The position numbers were made by a program, and so were the translations under genes. Positions 15,231 to 27,415 of a DNA stretch of 64,000 bases are shown here, one piece after another. The stretch is from Eledone cirrhosa (Eukaryota), in the NCBI GenBank assembly GCA_964016885.1, contig OZ024741.1, forward strand, positions 266,104,001-266,168,000, given 5' to 3'. The notes under the pieces were generated by a model, which saw only the letters and a program-made list of their open reading frames with translations, was not told the DNA's origin and made no database searches. Position 1 is the stretch's first letter. Each line of letters starts with the position of its first letter.

Positions 15231-15449
15231 GTGTGGTATGTGCGTGTATGTGTGTGCATTAGAATATATGTTTAAAAGCACCGTAGTATTTAAAACTCTA
15301 AAACATGATATGTATGTACTATATATAGGGAATTTCAAATAATTAGATTTCATTTAAGATGTAAATATCCCAGAACCACAAATTCTAGGATAACGAGACT
15401 GAGCAGGCTTAGTGTTCAGCAAAATAAAATTTATTCCTCAAAATTTGTC

Positions 15450-15628
15450 TAGTATCGGTAGAGGGTCGGACGTCATGCTTTGAAGCATAGAGTTACCTCT
15501 CTTTATGATCTGCGTTCAAATCCCGCCGAGGTTAACTTTGCCTTTCATCCTTACAGGGTCGATAAAATAAAGTACCAGTAATACACTGGGATAATTGCTG
15601 GCCTTGTGCCAAAAGTAGAAACAATTAT
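15450..15628 (+). mobile_element. SINE (Meta-domain-like family)
   Basis: Matches 24881-25067. Confidence 0.85.
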
Positions 15629-15890
15629 AACACTAATTCACAATATATATTTTAATGTGACAACCTTGGGAACAGGCTATTGTCTCAAATGATATCAGAT
15701 TTTTTGGAATACCCTGTATATGTTTGTATGTATATATACCCCCACGAAGCCATTTCCCTCGCTGTTTAATGAAAGCATGCACTCTGGCCAGCTGGGTTGG
15801 AATTTTAAGAGTACGAACTTTGATATCCATTGAGTGAGTGAGGAAACGGCCGAAGAGCTGTATCCGTTCTATTCGACTTGCATCATCTCC

Positions 15891-15934
<44 letters not shown>

Positions 15935-15951
15935 ATAGATAAAAGGTTATC

Positions 15952-16020
15952 GGCGCACTACGGATAGATGTATAGTTTATAATGCGCCGAAACATCTGTA
16001 GTTAACTACTGACGAAGGGA
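15952..16020 (+). ncRNA. Candidate non-circularly permuted hammerhead ribozyme, copy 1
   Basis: AGATGTA|TAGTT (15966-15977) precedes TGCGCC-GAAACATCT (15983-15997), which precedes AACTA-CTGACGA (16004-16015); GGCGCA at 15952 pairs with TGCGCC. Confidence 0.7.
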
Positions 16021-16117
16021 GACTGTCCACCTCTTGTTTGTGTCTCCTTACCTTCTAACACCCGTTATCAGTATCCACACAGCCCCTCCTCTCATCCATA
16101 TGTTTGATACATATATG

Positions 16118-16212
<95 letters not shown>

Positions 16213-16959
16213 CAGAATTAAACAAGTTTTAAATTAGTTAAACCATCAGCTGTTCAAATGGCAGAAGCTCAACCGTCGGGCCCGAGTCTTAATATATATA
16301 CATGATTTTGGTATACGAAGCTAGCCGGAGAGAATCTGTGCAGCGTCGGCCGTTCCTTACTCACTCAATGAAATTATAAAATTTATACGTAAGAAAATAG
16401 AAACTTATAACTCCGGGTGTTCGCAACACGTCATTAGTAAGGAAACGGTTATGGGTACATAATGATAGTTGTATATCATATAAACTCGAACAACTATGTA
16501 CATACAAAGACTCTCGATGGTTTCTGTACTACCGTCTGATCGTCACAGTTATAACTGCAACTGTTATTCACAGAAAGACATTACCTAACGGACGCCGCAG
16601 TACGTTTTCAGCAGTTGATTGTCCAACCTCAAACATCCAAGCCTAGTCCTTGCCTAGTCCTTACCATTAGTTCTTGCCATTACTAAACGCAGCAGTTTCA
16701 GATATGTTGTGACACTTGATCTCCTATAAAGGTGGGAAATTATAAGACTTAATTCTACCCCTAAGCACTCAACCAAACAAATACAATAAGAAACAAACAC
16801 AGAGTTGCAAATAAATACATAAATCGGACTAAATTGAAATTAAAAAAAAAACATTCAACTTACATTCAAATGAAAATCCACCAATTGAACGGGGAAATAA
16901 CTAATTTTCGTTATAAAAGTTAGTCGAAGAGAATGTATATATTTATACACATATATACG

Positions 16960-17000
<41 letters not shown>

Positions 17001-17032
17001 GTACTTATGGGACTCTCCCTCTTTCCGTTGTT

Positions 17033-17145
<113 letters not shown>

Positions 17146-17290
17146 GTAGTTCCACAACAGTTAGTTCACCATACCGAGAACAAATGTTTCACCTTATTCG
17201 GATCCTAACTAAAACAAATCAGACACACACACAGATAGAACAAACACCCAACTAGTGGCAAATAATCATTTCTCTGCCTCATGGCCTTTT

Positions 17291-17394
17291 GATGGATAAA
17301 AAGCCTCGGGCGCGCTGACGATCGATGTCCTGTTTTTAAGCGCCGAAACATCTATGATCCACAGTAAACAGCTGATGAAGGGCTACTTTTCATC
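17291..17394 (+). ncRNA. Candidate non-circularly permuted hammerhead ribozyme, copy 2
   Basis: GATGTC|CTGTTT (17324-17335), GCGCC-GAAACATC (17340-17352), AAACAG-CTGATGA (17366-17378); GGCGC at 17309. Confidence 0.75.
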
Positions 17395-17467
17395 TCTTGT
17401 TTACGTCCCTATTACTATCTTACACTTTGTTTACAGTAACCACACAGCCTGCCTCTTTACTTGTATT

Positions 17468-17513
<46 letters not shown>

Positions 17514-17517
17514 GTCT

Positions 17518-17640
17518 ACTAGAGACCCATACTATAATCTTCTCAAACCATAACCTCCTTAATAAAAAATCGGAAGTGTTTGTGTCGTGCCAGCACCGCT
17601 TCCGGCACTCCTTCCAAAACTTTAAACCCAATATATAACA
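17518..17640 (+). pseudogene. Possible C-terminus of a PLE GIY-YIG protein (Naiad-like)
   Basis: Translation LETHTIIFSNHNLLNKKSEVFVSCQHRFRHSF resembles the PLE terminal motif ExxxI...LLNKRSExxxxCRH. Confidence 0.5.
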
Positions 17641-19073
17641 ATGTCGGACTTGAACCCATCATCACTTCTAACACCACAACTCCACACTCTCTGATCCATC
17701 CTATCTCGACACAAATCATTCCATCTATCTATAACTTTATATCCTAGAAATATCCCCATAAACACCTACTTTTAATATAATTACTTTCAATTACTTATAA
17801 TTATATAGTGATACAATACAGTCTATGTAAGCTTTAAACACCAGATTCGACAATGAATTATTTATGCATTTGTAATTAAATGTATGGAGTGATAACATTG
17901 GATATATATAAGATTAATTTATTAACATAAGAGATCTGTCTAACTTATATGTAGGGTGCAATGAATTATGTATGAATTATATATGCAAGTATAACTTGAT
18001 GGATAGATTAATGGCATTGTAAATGAGGGATGTATTTGTCTGCCCTAGAAATGTATTTTGTTTTGCCATGCAAACAGCCATACGCTGCTCCATAACTTAC
18101 CAGAGGTTATGTAGACAAAATTCTAATAGGTCCCCTGATATGTTCTGAGAGTAGACTGCATTTACAGTGAACTTTGATATAAAGGTATGGCACTTTGTAT
18201 GGAATATTCAATTGTAGCACTATATAATAGGGAGTAATCAACTTAAATTTAAATACCTTTAGTACATCATGATAGAGTAGACTGTATTTAAAATTGCAAA
18301 CTAGATATAAATATATAACCGTCTATATAAGGGACTCAATTGAGGCGCCTTATAATGTATGTTAGAACAATGGATTTAGTTATGAGAATCAGCTAGTTAC
18401 CTCCTCTTACGCATTAACTCCCCTCAATTACACACATACTTCCGGGTATTAAACCGCTGTAAATTCTCGCAGCAGAATCAACCTATTCTATAAACTTGGA
18501 TTAAATAACACTGAGCCTCAATACACTAAAATAATTTGATTTAATGCATCAAACATTCAATACGGAATCATCGTTACTTATGTGATAGATGTAAAAACTA
18601 TATCTTACTTGTTCTGAATGTGAAAATGGTGGTGGATACGAAAACTATAACTTTCTTTTGCTTCTTCTTTTAGTTTTTCTGCACACATACTTTTTTGTTC
18701 TATACAAAAAATACTTTACCACTACAACCACCATAATAATCTTGCTTACCCGCTTAAAGTGCTTGCATTACATGTAACACCCTGCCACACAATAATAGTA
18801 TAAAAATGAGACACTCTTGCATGCTTCATGTGTAACTAACGCATACACTACCTACTAGATCTGACTATCAAACTATTCTCTTGCATTATCTGTGTTATCT
18901 GCCGAATGTATTTTAATTTTGATTTTGATTTTGCTTTAGAACTTGAATTGCTGTACAAAAATAGTATAGTATAATATATGTCACTCCACTGCACATCAAT
19001 ATATATATATATATATATCTGTATGTCTCTTGCGTTGGAAAGGAGGTCAATTATGTGTACAAACATTGAAAAA

Positions 19074-19120
19074 TGCTCCGAAGATTCCAAGCTTAGGTTT
19101 GGATGAAACAATTGTAAGTG
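19074..19120 (+). ncRNA. Degenerate type I hammerhead motif
   Basis: CCGAAGA (core U to C), stem II tccaagc/gtttgga, GAAA, palindromic ACAATTGT, GUA. Confidence 0.5.
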
Positions 19121-19336
19121 AATAAATGCTTTGAACATAGCTTTGATTCTTGTGAATTCTATATAACTGCTCTGTAGAACAACTGATGTTATTACATTGA
19201 GGTATTTATCTTACTGGTAATAAGGTAGTAATAAATTTCTGACCTTCACTGTTTAGGGCTTAAAATATACATAACTATAAAAAGTTTTAATATATACATA
19301 ACCATAAATAGTATCCTTAATATTATATATATATAT

Positions 19337-19409
<73 letters not shown>

Positions 19410-19412
<3 letters not shown>

Positions 19413-19935
19413 CGTTTCTGAATTTGTTTAGCAAGATTCTTTATCTGAAAACGTGTGTTGAAACCGATATTGTTATACTTTGGGAGGGTCATGTTGCCAA
19501 TAAGACGCACCAGTTGCTTTCACTTCAATTTATTATAATAAATTTATAAATTTATGAATTTATAAATTTCCGGTTGGTTGGTTGGTTCCACAACCAGATG
19601 ATTGTTTATATATTGTCAAAGTTCTTTCGTCACACATTCCTTTGTTCTGTCCTACGCCATCTTGTTTTTGTGACACACACAAAAACAAGATGGCGTAGGA
19701 TAGAACAAAGGAGAGGCACAAAAACAAAGAAAAGAATCCCTTGTCACTGAAGAGGTCACAGAATGTGTGACGAAAGAACTTTGACAATATATAAACAATC
19801 ATCTGGTTGTGGAACCAACCAACCGGAAATTTATAAATTCCTAAATTTATAAATTTATTATAATAAATTGAAGTGAAAGCAACTGGTGCGTGTGTTTCTT
19901 ATTGGCAACATGACCCTCCTAAAGTATAACAATAT
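19410..19935. mobile_element. PLE-type inverted-repeat element between (TA)n tracts; relatives at ~50830-51065 and ~61050-61335
   Basis: 19467-19639 is the reverse complement of 19761-19935. Confidence 0.8.
19741..19787 (+). ncRNA. Minimal type I hammerhead ribozyme
   Basis: Stem I TTGTCA/TGACAA; CTGAAGA; stem II GTCACA/TGTGAC; GAAA; very short stem III; CUU site. Confidence 0.7.
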
Positions 19936-19954
19936 ATATATATATATATATTTA

Positions 19955-20178
19955 ATGTGGTAGAAAGAGATAGAAGGATAAACAATGCAAAATGGACAGT
20001 AAAATGTGGGAATGAAAAGTAAGTTACATGGTAATCTTTGTTTTGTTTTTTGTTGTTGAAAGAACAGAAGAAAGAACAACAAAAAGCGAATCAAAGATTA
20101 CCAGGTAACTTACTTTTCGTTACCACATCGTACAGTCCATTTTGTATTGTTTATCCTTCTATCTCTTTCCACATTATA
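19955..20178. repeat. Diverged inverted repeat (~85-bp arms) adjoining (TA)n
   Basis: gaaagagatagaaggataaacaat...gtaatctttg versus caaagattacc...attgtttatccttctatctctttc. Confidence 0.8.
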
Positions 20179-20220
20179 TATCATATACAGTGCTTCGAGC
20201 AAACTACATTTTATTATATA

Positions 20221-20295
20221 CTAGCTGAGGTACCCAGCCTCGCCAAGGTTACGGCAGAAGAGAAAACGTCTGTATTGAATGCATTGTCTTGTTTA
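20221..20295 (-). mobile_element. Helitron-like 3' end
   Basis: CTAG at 20221 plus a degenerate hairpin acccagcctcgccaagg, similar to the 9857-9885 terminus. Confidence 0.4.
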
Positions 20296-20372
20296 CAGTG
20301 TGTGTGTGTTTATGTTTGTGTGTGTTTGTGTATATATATATATGTGTGTGTCTGAGTGTTCGTGTGTGTGTG

Positions 20373-20481
<109 letters not shown>

Positions 20482-21578
20482 CTGTGTGAGTGTTCTTGTG
20501 TGTGCGTGTGCGTGTGCGTGTGCGTGTGCGTGTGTGTGTGTAAACCACCGTTGGAATCGGAGACATAGGCCGCGAAACATGATCATCACTGACAACGAAC
20601 TCGCAAAGAGAATCCCTTATGGTTGATTCCCAACCTGCTAGAAATAGCAGTCAGGCTGGTTAGCATACGTGGTATGTCTTTCTTCTTCTTTGGTGTTATA
20701 AAATTAGTATCAATAAACTTTCCTAGATATACTCTTATCCCAATCCTGTACATACTTTCCGATTGTCACTTTTCGTTTATTCGTGTGATACGCGAAGGAA
20801 CCAACCAACAAACATCTCTCTTTTATATCTCTTTTATTTGTTCATTCAAAATATTTTCCAGCTAATTCTGTCGTACAATATACATCAGCAATCGTTATCT
20901 AATGTTTAAAACATATGAATAGCTGCGATATATGCACCATATCAATCAAAAACGATATGAGAATTGAATACCTTACTAAAGCGCCAGTAAGCCTGCTAAG
21001 AACCTGCAGATAGAAATGTTAATAAATACAACATTTGGCTTTGGTAAACTTTAAGATGTTCTTTCATTGTAGGTTTCTTTTCTCAGCCAGTACGTTAAAG
21101 AAAATTGATAGTTACAACAATAAAGGTTGAACAGGGAATACATTTCTTAACAAACTTTACAATAATTTGTACAACCATAATAGAAATTCCAAGTAACAGA
21201 AAATACATAAATTACATTGTTAGAGCCTCAGAGTATACAATATTTTTTATTCGGCCCTCGGGAGCAAAGATGAAGAGATTGTTTGGCGAGCTCACCCAAG
21301 AGCATCCTACGTACAATTGACGATGGTTTTCCCAGATGAAGGCCAGGCACTTTTAGGGTTTGACCCTGAGCTTTGTTGATGGTAATCGCGAAGCTTAGTC
21401 TCTCTGTTGCTCTGGTAACATTTTTTCTTCTGGAAAATCTGATCTTGTGGCCAGGCTAGGAATTTTGGGTGGCATATCGGCAGTAACAATGACGATAAGC
21501 CGTCTGTGCTTTCGTGAAATAAATACGTTTGTTTATATTTTGTTTTTGTGTATGCAAAAATATCTGTACACGAATATA

Positions 21579-21749
<171 letters not shown>

Positions 21750-21925
21750 CAGATTAAAGTTTAAGCAAAGAATCGCTGCGTTCACCCTTAACGGAATCTT
21801 CTGAAACTAAAACAATCAATCTGTGAACGCAGAAGTAAATATTTCGGAAAACGTTGCAACCGAAAGAAAATAGGAAGATGATACTTTTGTTCGTCTGTTA
21901 CTTGCATACGGCCGTCAGCTTTATA

Positions 21926-21973
<48 letters not shown>

Positions 21974-22135
21974 CGAAGGAAGTGTGGTAAGGAACCAGAT
22001 GGACCATAACGCACCAGAATACTCACTACTTAGGGTAGTAGAGTGGGTAATAGGAAAATGTTTAACCCCGACGGCAGAGTCCAGAAATAGCCGTCGAAAC
22101 GGCTTGAGCTCTGCCGTCGGGGTTAAACATTTTCC

Positions 22136-22183
<48 letters not shown>

Positions 22184-22250
22184 CATATATATATGTACAT
22201 ATATATACACATATATACATATATATATACATATATTTATATATATATAC

Positions 22251-22281
<31 letters not shown>

Positions 22282-22332
22282 CATATATATATATATACAT
22301 ATACATATATATATACATGTATATATATATAT

Positions 22333-22989
<657 letters not shown>

Positions 22990-23184
22990 CAACCACAGAC
23001 CCTCCATCTCAACTCTACTTTTGAAAAGCAGAAGAACTGCGAAACCGGTAAAAAAACCAAATAAAATTTATATATTTTTTTAAAAATAAGACTCCAGTTG
23101 CATTTTCGATTTCATCTTTTTTTCTTTATACTTTCACTCGAGTAGGACACCTCGGTTATTTTTCATTTTGTAAAAAAACCTCAC

Positions 23185-23192
<8 letters not shown>
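22990..23192 (+). mobile_element. PLE-type short element with degenerate hammerhead; same family as 50175-50535
   Basis: aaccacagaccctccatctcaactc...gcagaagaactgcGAAAccggta; ends at (TA)n. Confidence 0.7.
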
Positions 23193-23251
<59 letters not shown>

Positions 23252-23680
23252 TGTAATAAATAACATAATATAATTATTCCATTACCCAAGATTTCACGAA
23301 GTCAGGCGACCCCAACAGAGGCATCCGAAGTTGTTCATTAGAAGGAATCTTTAATATGGATCTAAGATTAAAATCAAAATCTATTATAAATGAAAGTGAG
23401 GCTAAAATAAAATGAAATGAAATAAATTATACACACAGAAGCAAAATGTAAAATTAGGGATAAAATAAGATATGAATATATATACATACATAGGCACATT
23501 TATATGAGTATGTAAATCCAATATATATATACACATATACATACATACATACATACATACATACATACATACATACATACATACATACATACATACATAC
23601 ATACATACATACATACATACATACATACATACATACATACATACATGCATATATACATACATACATACATGTATACATAC

Positions 23681-24270
23681 ATGCAGGCATAACAGACCAG
23701 ATATTATGATATGGGACAGGGAGAAGAAAGCATGCACAGTAGTGGAAGTTAGCTGCCCAGCAGATGCCAATATAATATCAAAGATTAGTGGAAAGGAGAA
23801 TATTTACGCAGATCTAATGAGAAATCTGCAGATACTCCACCCTGATTACACCTTCATATTTATGCCTGTGATTATTGGGGCACTGGGATATGTTAGTAAC
23901 TGCCTCAATACAAATCTTGAGAAGCTAGGCTTCACAGGAACAGAAAGAATACAACTAGTTAGGAAATTACAAGTACAATCCATTAATGGAACAGTAAAAA
24001 TATGTAAAACATTCCAAAGGTTTTGCATCTAATAACTGCATATACACATATATACAGATACAAAGCATATACACATGCACACATACAACTCAAAACATCC
24101 ACATCCACACATACAATAACATCCATATCTACACATGCATGCATGCAGACATAGATACATATCTACCTAGTTGATGTTGTGTAAATTCCAATGAGAGAGT
24201 CTTGTGTCTATGTTAGAAACCGACTCTCTCTCTATTGGAAAAAATTTGTGAAATTATAAAACCAGAAGAA
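23681..24270 (+). mobile_element. 5'-truncated R4-clade retrotransposon (CATA-targeting family): RLE C-terminus plus 3' UTR
   Basis: HNRPDIMIWD..TVVEVSCP..PVIIGALG; (CATA)n on both sides; 3' end ccagaagaa|catacata. Confidence 0.9.
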
Positions 24271-24284
24271 CATACATACATACA

Positions 24285-24318
<34 letters not shown>

Positions 24319-24344
24319 CATACAAAGATATATACATACATACA

Positions 24345-24378
<34 letters not shown>

Positions 24379-24400
24379 CATACATACATGCATACGTACA

Positions 24401-24434
<34 letters not shown>

Positions 24435-24569
24435 CATACATACATACATACATACATACATACATACATACATACATACATACATACATACATACATACA
24501 TACATAGAGAGAGAGAGAGCCAATGCATTTACATATATGATGATGATGGTGATGATGATGGTGATGACG

Positions 24570-24781
24570 ATAATTGTTTCTACTTTAGGCAAAAGGCCAA
24601 CGATTTAAAGAGGAGGGGAAAGTCGATTAAATCGACCACAGTATATCCTGGTACTTTATTGTATCGACCACGTAAGGATGAAAGGCAAAGCTAACCTCGA
24701 GGGATTTGAAATCAGAACGTGAATGGCCGTAACTCTATGCCACGAAACATGGTGTCTGACGCTGTAACAATACTGCCAATC
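24570..24781 (-). mobile_element. SINE within a segment duplicated at 46345-46750
   Basis: Near-identical to 46345-46556, including the non-SINE flank. Confidence 0.85.
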
Positions 24782-24880
24782 AAAGTTAGGTTTTATTGAA
24801 GTGTGCTGTTTGGTCTTAAGTTACGAGTTAATGCCCCTTCTTAAAACCGGAAGTTGACAGCAGACATTTTTACATCACTG

Positions 24881-25067
24881 AAGGGCGGTGGATTGGCAGT
24901 ATCGGTGGAGGGTCGGACGCCATGCTTTCCAGCATAGTTACGTCCCTTTACGGTCTGAGTTCAAATCCCGCCCAGGTTGACTTTGTCTTTCATCCTTACG
25001 GGGTCGATAAAATAAAGTACCAGTAATGCACTGGGTAATTGCTGGCCTTGTGCCTAAAGTAGAAACA
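24881..25067 (+). mobile_element. Full-length ~187-bp tRNA-derived SINE with 15-bp TSD
   Basis: A-box TGGCAGTATCGG, B-box GTTCAAATCC, Meta-like core ttcatccttacggggtcgataaaataaagtacc; TSD att[t/a]ttacatcactg at 24866-24880 and 25068-25082. Confidence 0.92.
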
Positions 25068-25455
25068 ATTATTACATCACTGCAATCATCCTTGATTACA
25101 AAATTCCATGAAAAGATACTACAATCTTCCATTTTCCTTGACCTTCCCCATTTGTCAATCTTGCTAGCGACGTATTTCAATGCATTTAACAGGCAGCTAG
25201 AAAATGGTAAGGTGTGTTTAGCAATGTCACATGATTTTGTCAAAGACAAATGAACTAAAAACGTGAAATAAATGGAACTTAAAAGAATTCCTGTAAAATG
25301 AAATAGCTGAAGAAACGTGAAAAGGGCGCTAGAAAACGCGTTAGAGTGTGTGTGTGTGTGTACATATATATATATATATATGTATATATGTATATATATA
25401 TATTGTGTATATATGTATGTATATGTATATAAATAATAATATATATATATATATT

Positions 25456-25487
<32 letters not shown>

Positions 25488-25498
25488 ACATATATATA

Positions 25499-25614
<116 letters not shown>

Positions 25615-25623
25615 ATATATATA

Positions 25624-25687
<64 letters not shown>

Positions 25688-25764
25688 TTCTTTTATATTT
25701 GATATATATTTATCCTTATCGAGCCCTCTTTGAGATGCTGACTTTGAGTCCCAGGCCCTTTCCC

Positions 25765-26830
25765 TAGTCAGCCATTTCATCCGCAGAGGTTACCCCCTCG
25801 TCTACACCGCCCTCACTCGCGCCGGTGCTGTCCACCGCTCCACCACCCTCACCCCACGCCACCGCACACTCACCGACCGTCTCCCCTTCTCCATCACCTA
25901 TCACCCCTCCACTGCACCATCCTCCGCCTCTTCTGATGCTTCCAGTACGACCCCTCCACCTCCCACATCTTCCCATCCCCACCACTCCCCTCCTTCAAAC
26001 GCGCACGCAATCTCCGCACCGTCCTCGTCCGCAGCTCCCTAACCCCCAACCCACGCTCTTCCCCCCCCCCGGTTACCTTGCCTGTTCTAGGCCTCGTTGC
26101 AACACCTGCCCCCACATCACCAACACCAGCATCTTCCAGGGTCCCAACAGCCACTCTCTCTCTGTCCGGCACGCCTTCCGCTGCACCTCCTCCAACCTAG
26201 TTTTGGACTTCGCAACTTACGTCGGACAGACTGGAGGTTGCCTGGCGGACCGTTTCACCGAGCACCTCCGGGATATTCGTCTCGGCGGGAGTTCCCCATC
26301 GCCCGCCACTTTGGCTCCCCTGGACATTCCGCGCACCACCTCACAGTCTGTGGCCTACTCCAATGCCACGGAACACCCGCCACCCGCCTCAGGGTCGAAC
26401 AACGCACCATCTTCACCCTACAGACCCACACTCCCCCCGGCCTGAACTCCCCACCCCTATTCCTTTAGCCTTCGACCGCCCTGTTCCTCGCCCCCCCCCC
26501 CCACACACACACACACGCACATACATATATTCCCACTAACACACTCCTCCTTACCACCGCCTACCCCCTTGGCCTACCCCACAACTAACAATACTAACAT
26601 CCCCCCACATGACCCCCTCCTCACTCTACTTTTCACACCTACCCATCCTCTCCCCTGTTCACCGCACCTCCGCACACACTGACACACTGACTTTCTCCAC
26701 CTGCCATTCTCCTCTACTGCTGCTATGCCTTCTCCTGCCTTGACCCTCTGACCACTTCTCCGCACACATAGACACACAGTCCTCTGTACTAGTTTCAAGC
26801 TTGAAACTAGTACAGCGTTCCTTTGTCAGT
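25765..26830 (+). mobile_element. Penelope-like retroelement 3' fragment (Neptune-type): RT thumb end, Cys linker, GIY-YIG endonuclease, frameshifted
   Basis: FIRRGYP; CSRPRCNTC; FRCTSSNLV; YVGQT..LADRFTEH; IARHF..GHS; EQRTIFTLQTHTPPGLN; ends in palindrome ctgtactagtttcaagcttgaaactagtacag containing a GAAA-CTAGT-A hammerhead half. Confidence 0.88.
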
Positions 26831-27026
26831 GTTGAACAAACGAACAACGGTGGTTGCTAGACACTACGGCTTAATACGGGATGTTTGTTTACAAACACAC
26901 CGAGCATTATAATAAATGTTTGGTGAATCCATACGTACATATATATATATGTGTGCATGTATGTATATATATATGCATACTACCGTACGTCTGTATACAT
27001 ATATGTATGTACGTGTACATACTTAT

Positions 27027-27070
<44 letters not shown>

Positions 27071-27331
27071 TTCATTTTTTCCGTTTATATATATATATAT
27101 AGAGAGAGGTGGGGGAGAGAGAAAAGCATAAGAATATGTGAATGTGAAGATGCTTTTTCATTTTTTTGTATAAATGAAGGTTAAATATATGTTGGAATAA
27201 GGCGAGAAAATGTACGAAAGAGTGTGAAAAGCAACACTCTAGCCTGTAGATAGGTGTCTGTCGACTTGTTATTCATTTCTGTATGTATATATATATATGT
27301 ATGTATATATGTTTGTATGTATGTATGTATA

Positions 27332-27362
<31 letters not shown>

Positions 27363-27415
27363 AGATGTTTGTATGTATATATGTATGTATGTATAGATGT
27401 TTGTATGTATGTATG

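Noticed and set aside
17760-18980. AT-rich non-microsatellite stretch
   Set aside because: No recognisable coding or structural signature by eye
24881-24975. tRNA gene
   Set aside because: The A and B boxes belong to a SINE head with TSD; no intact cloverleaf
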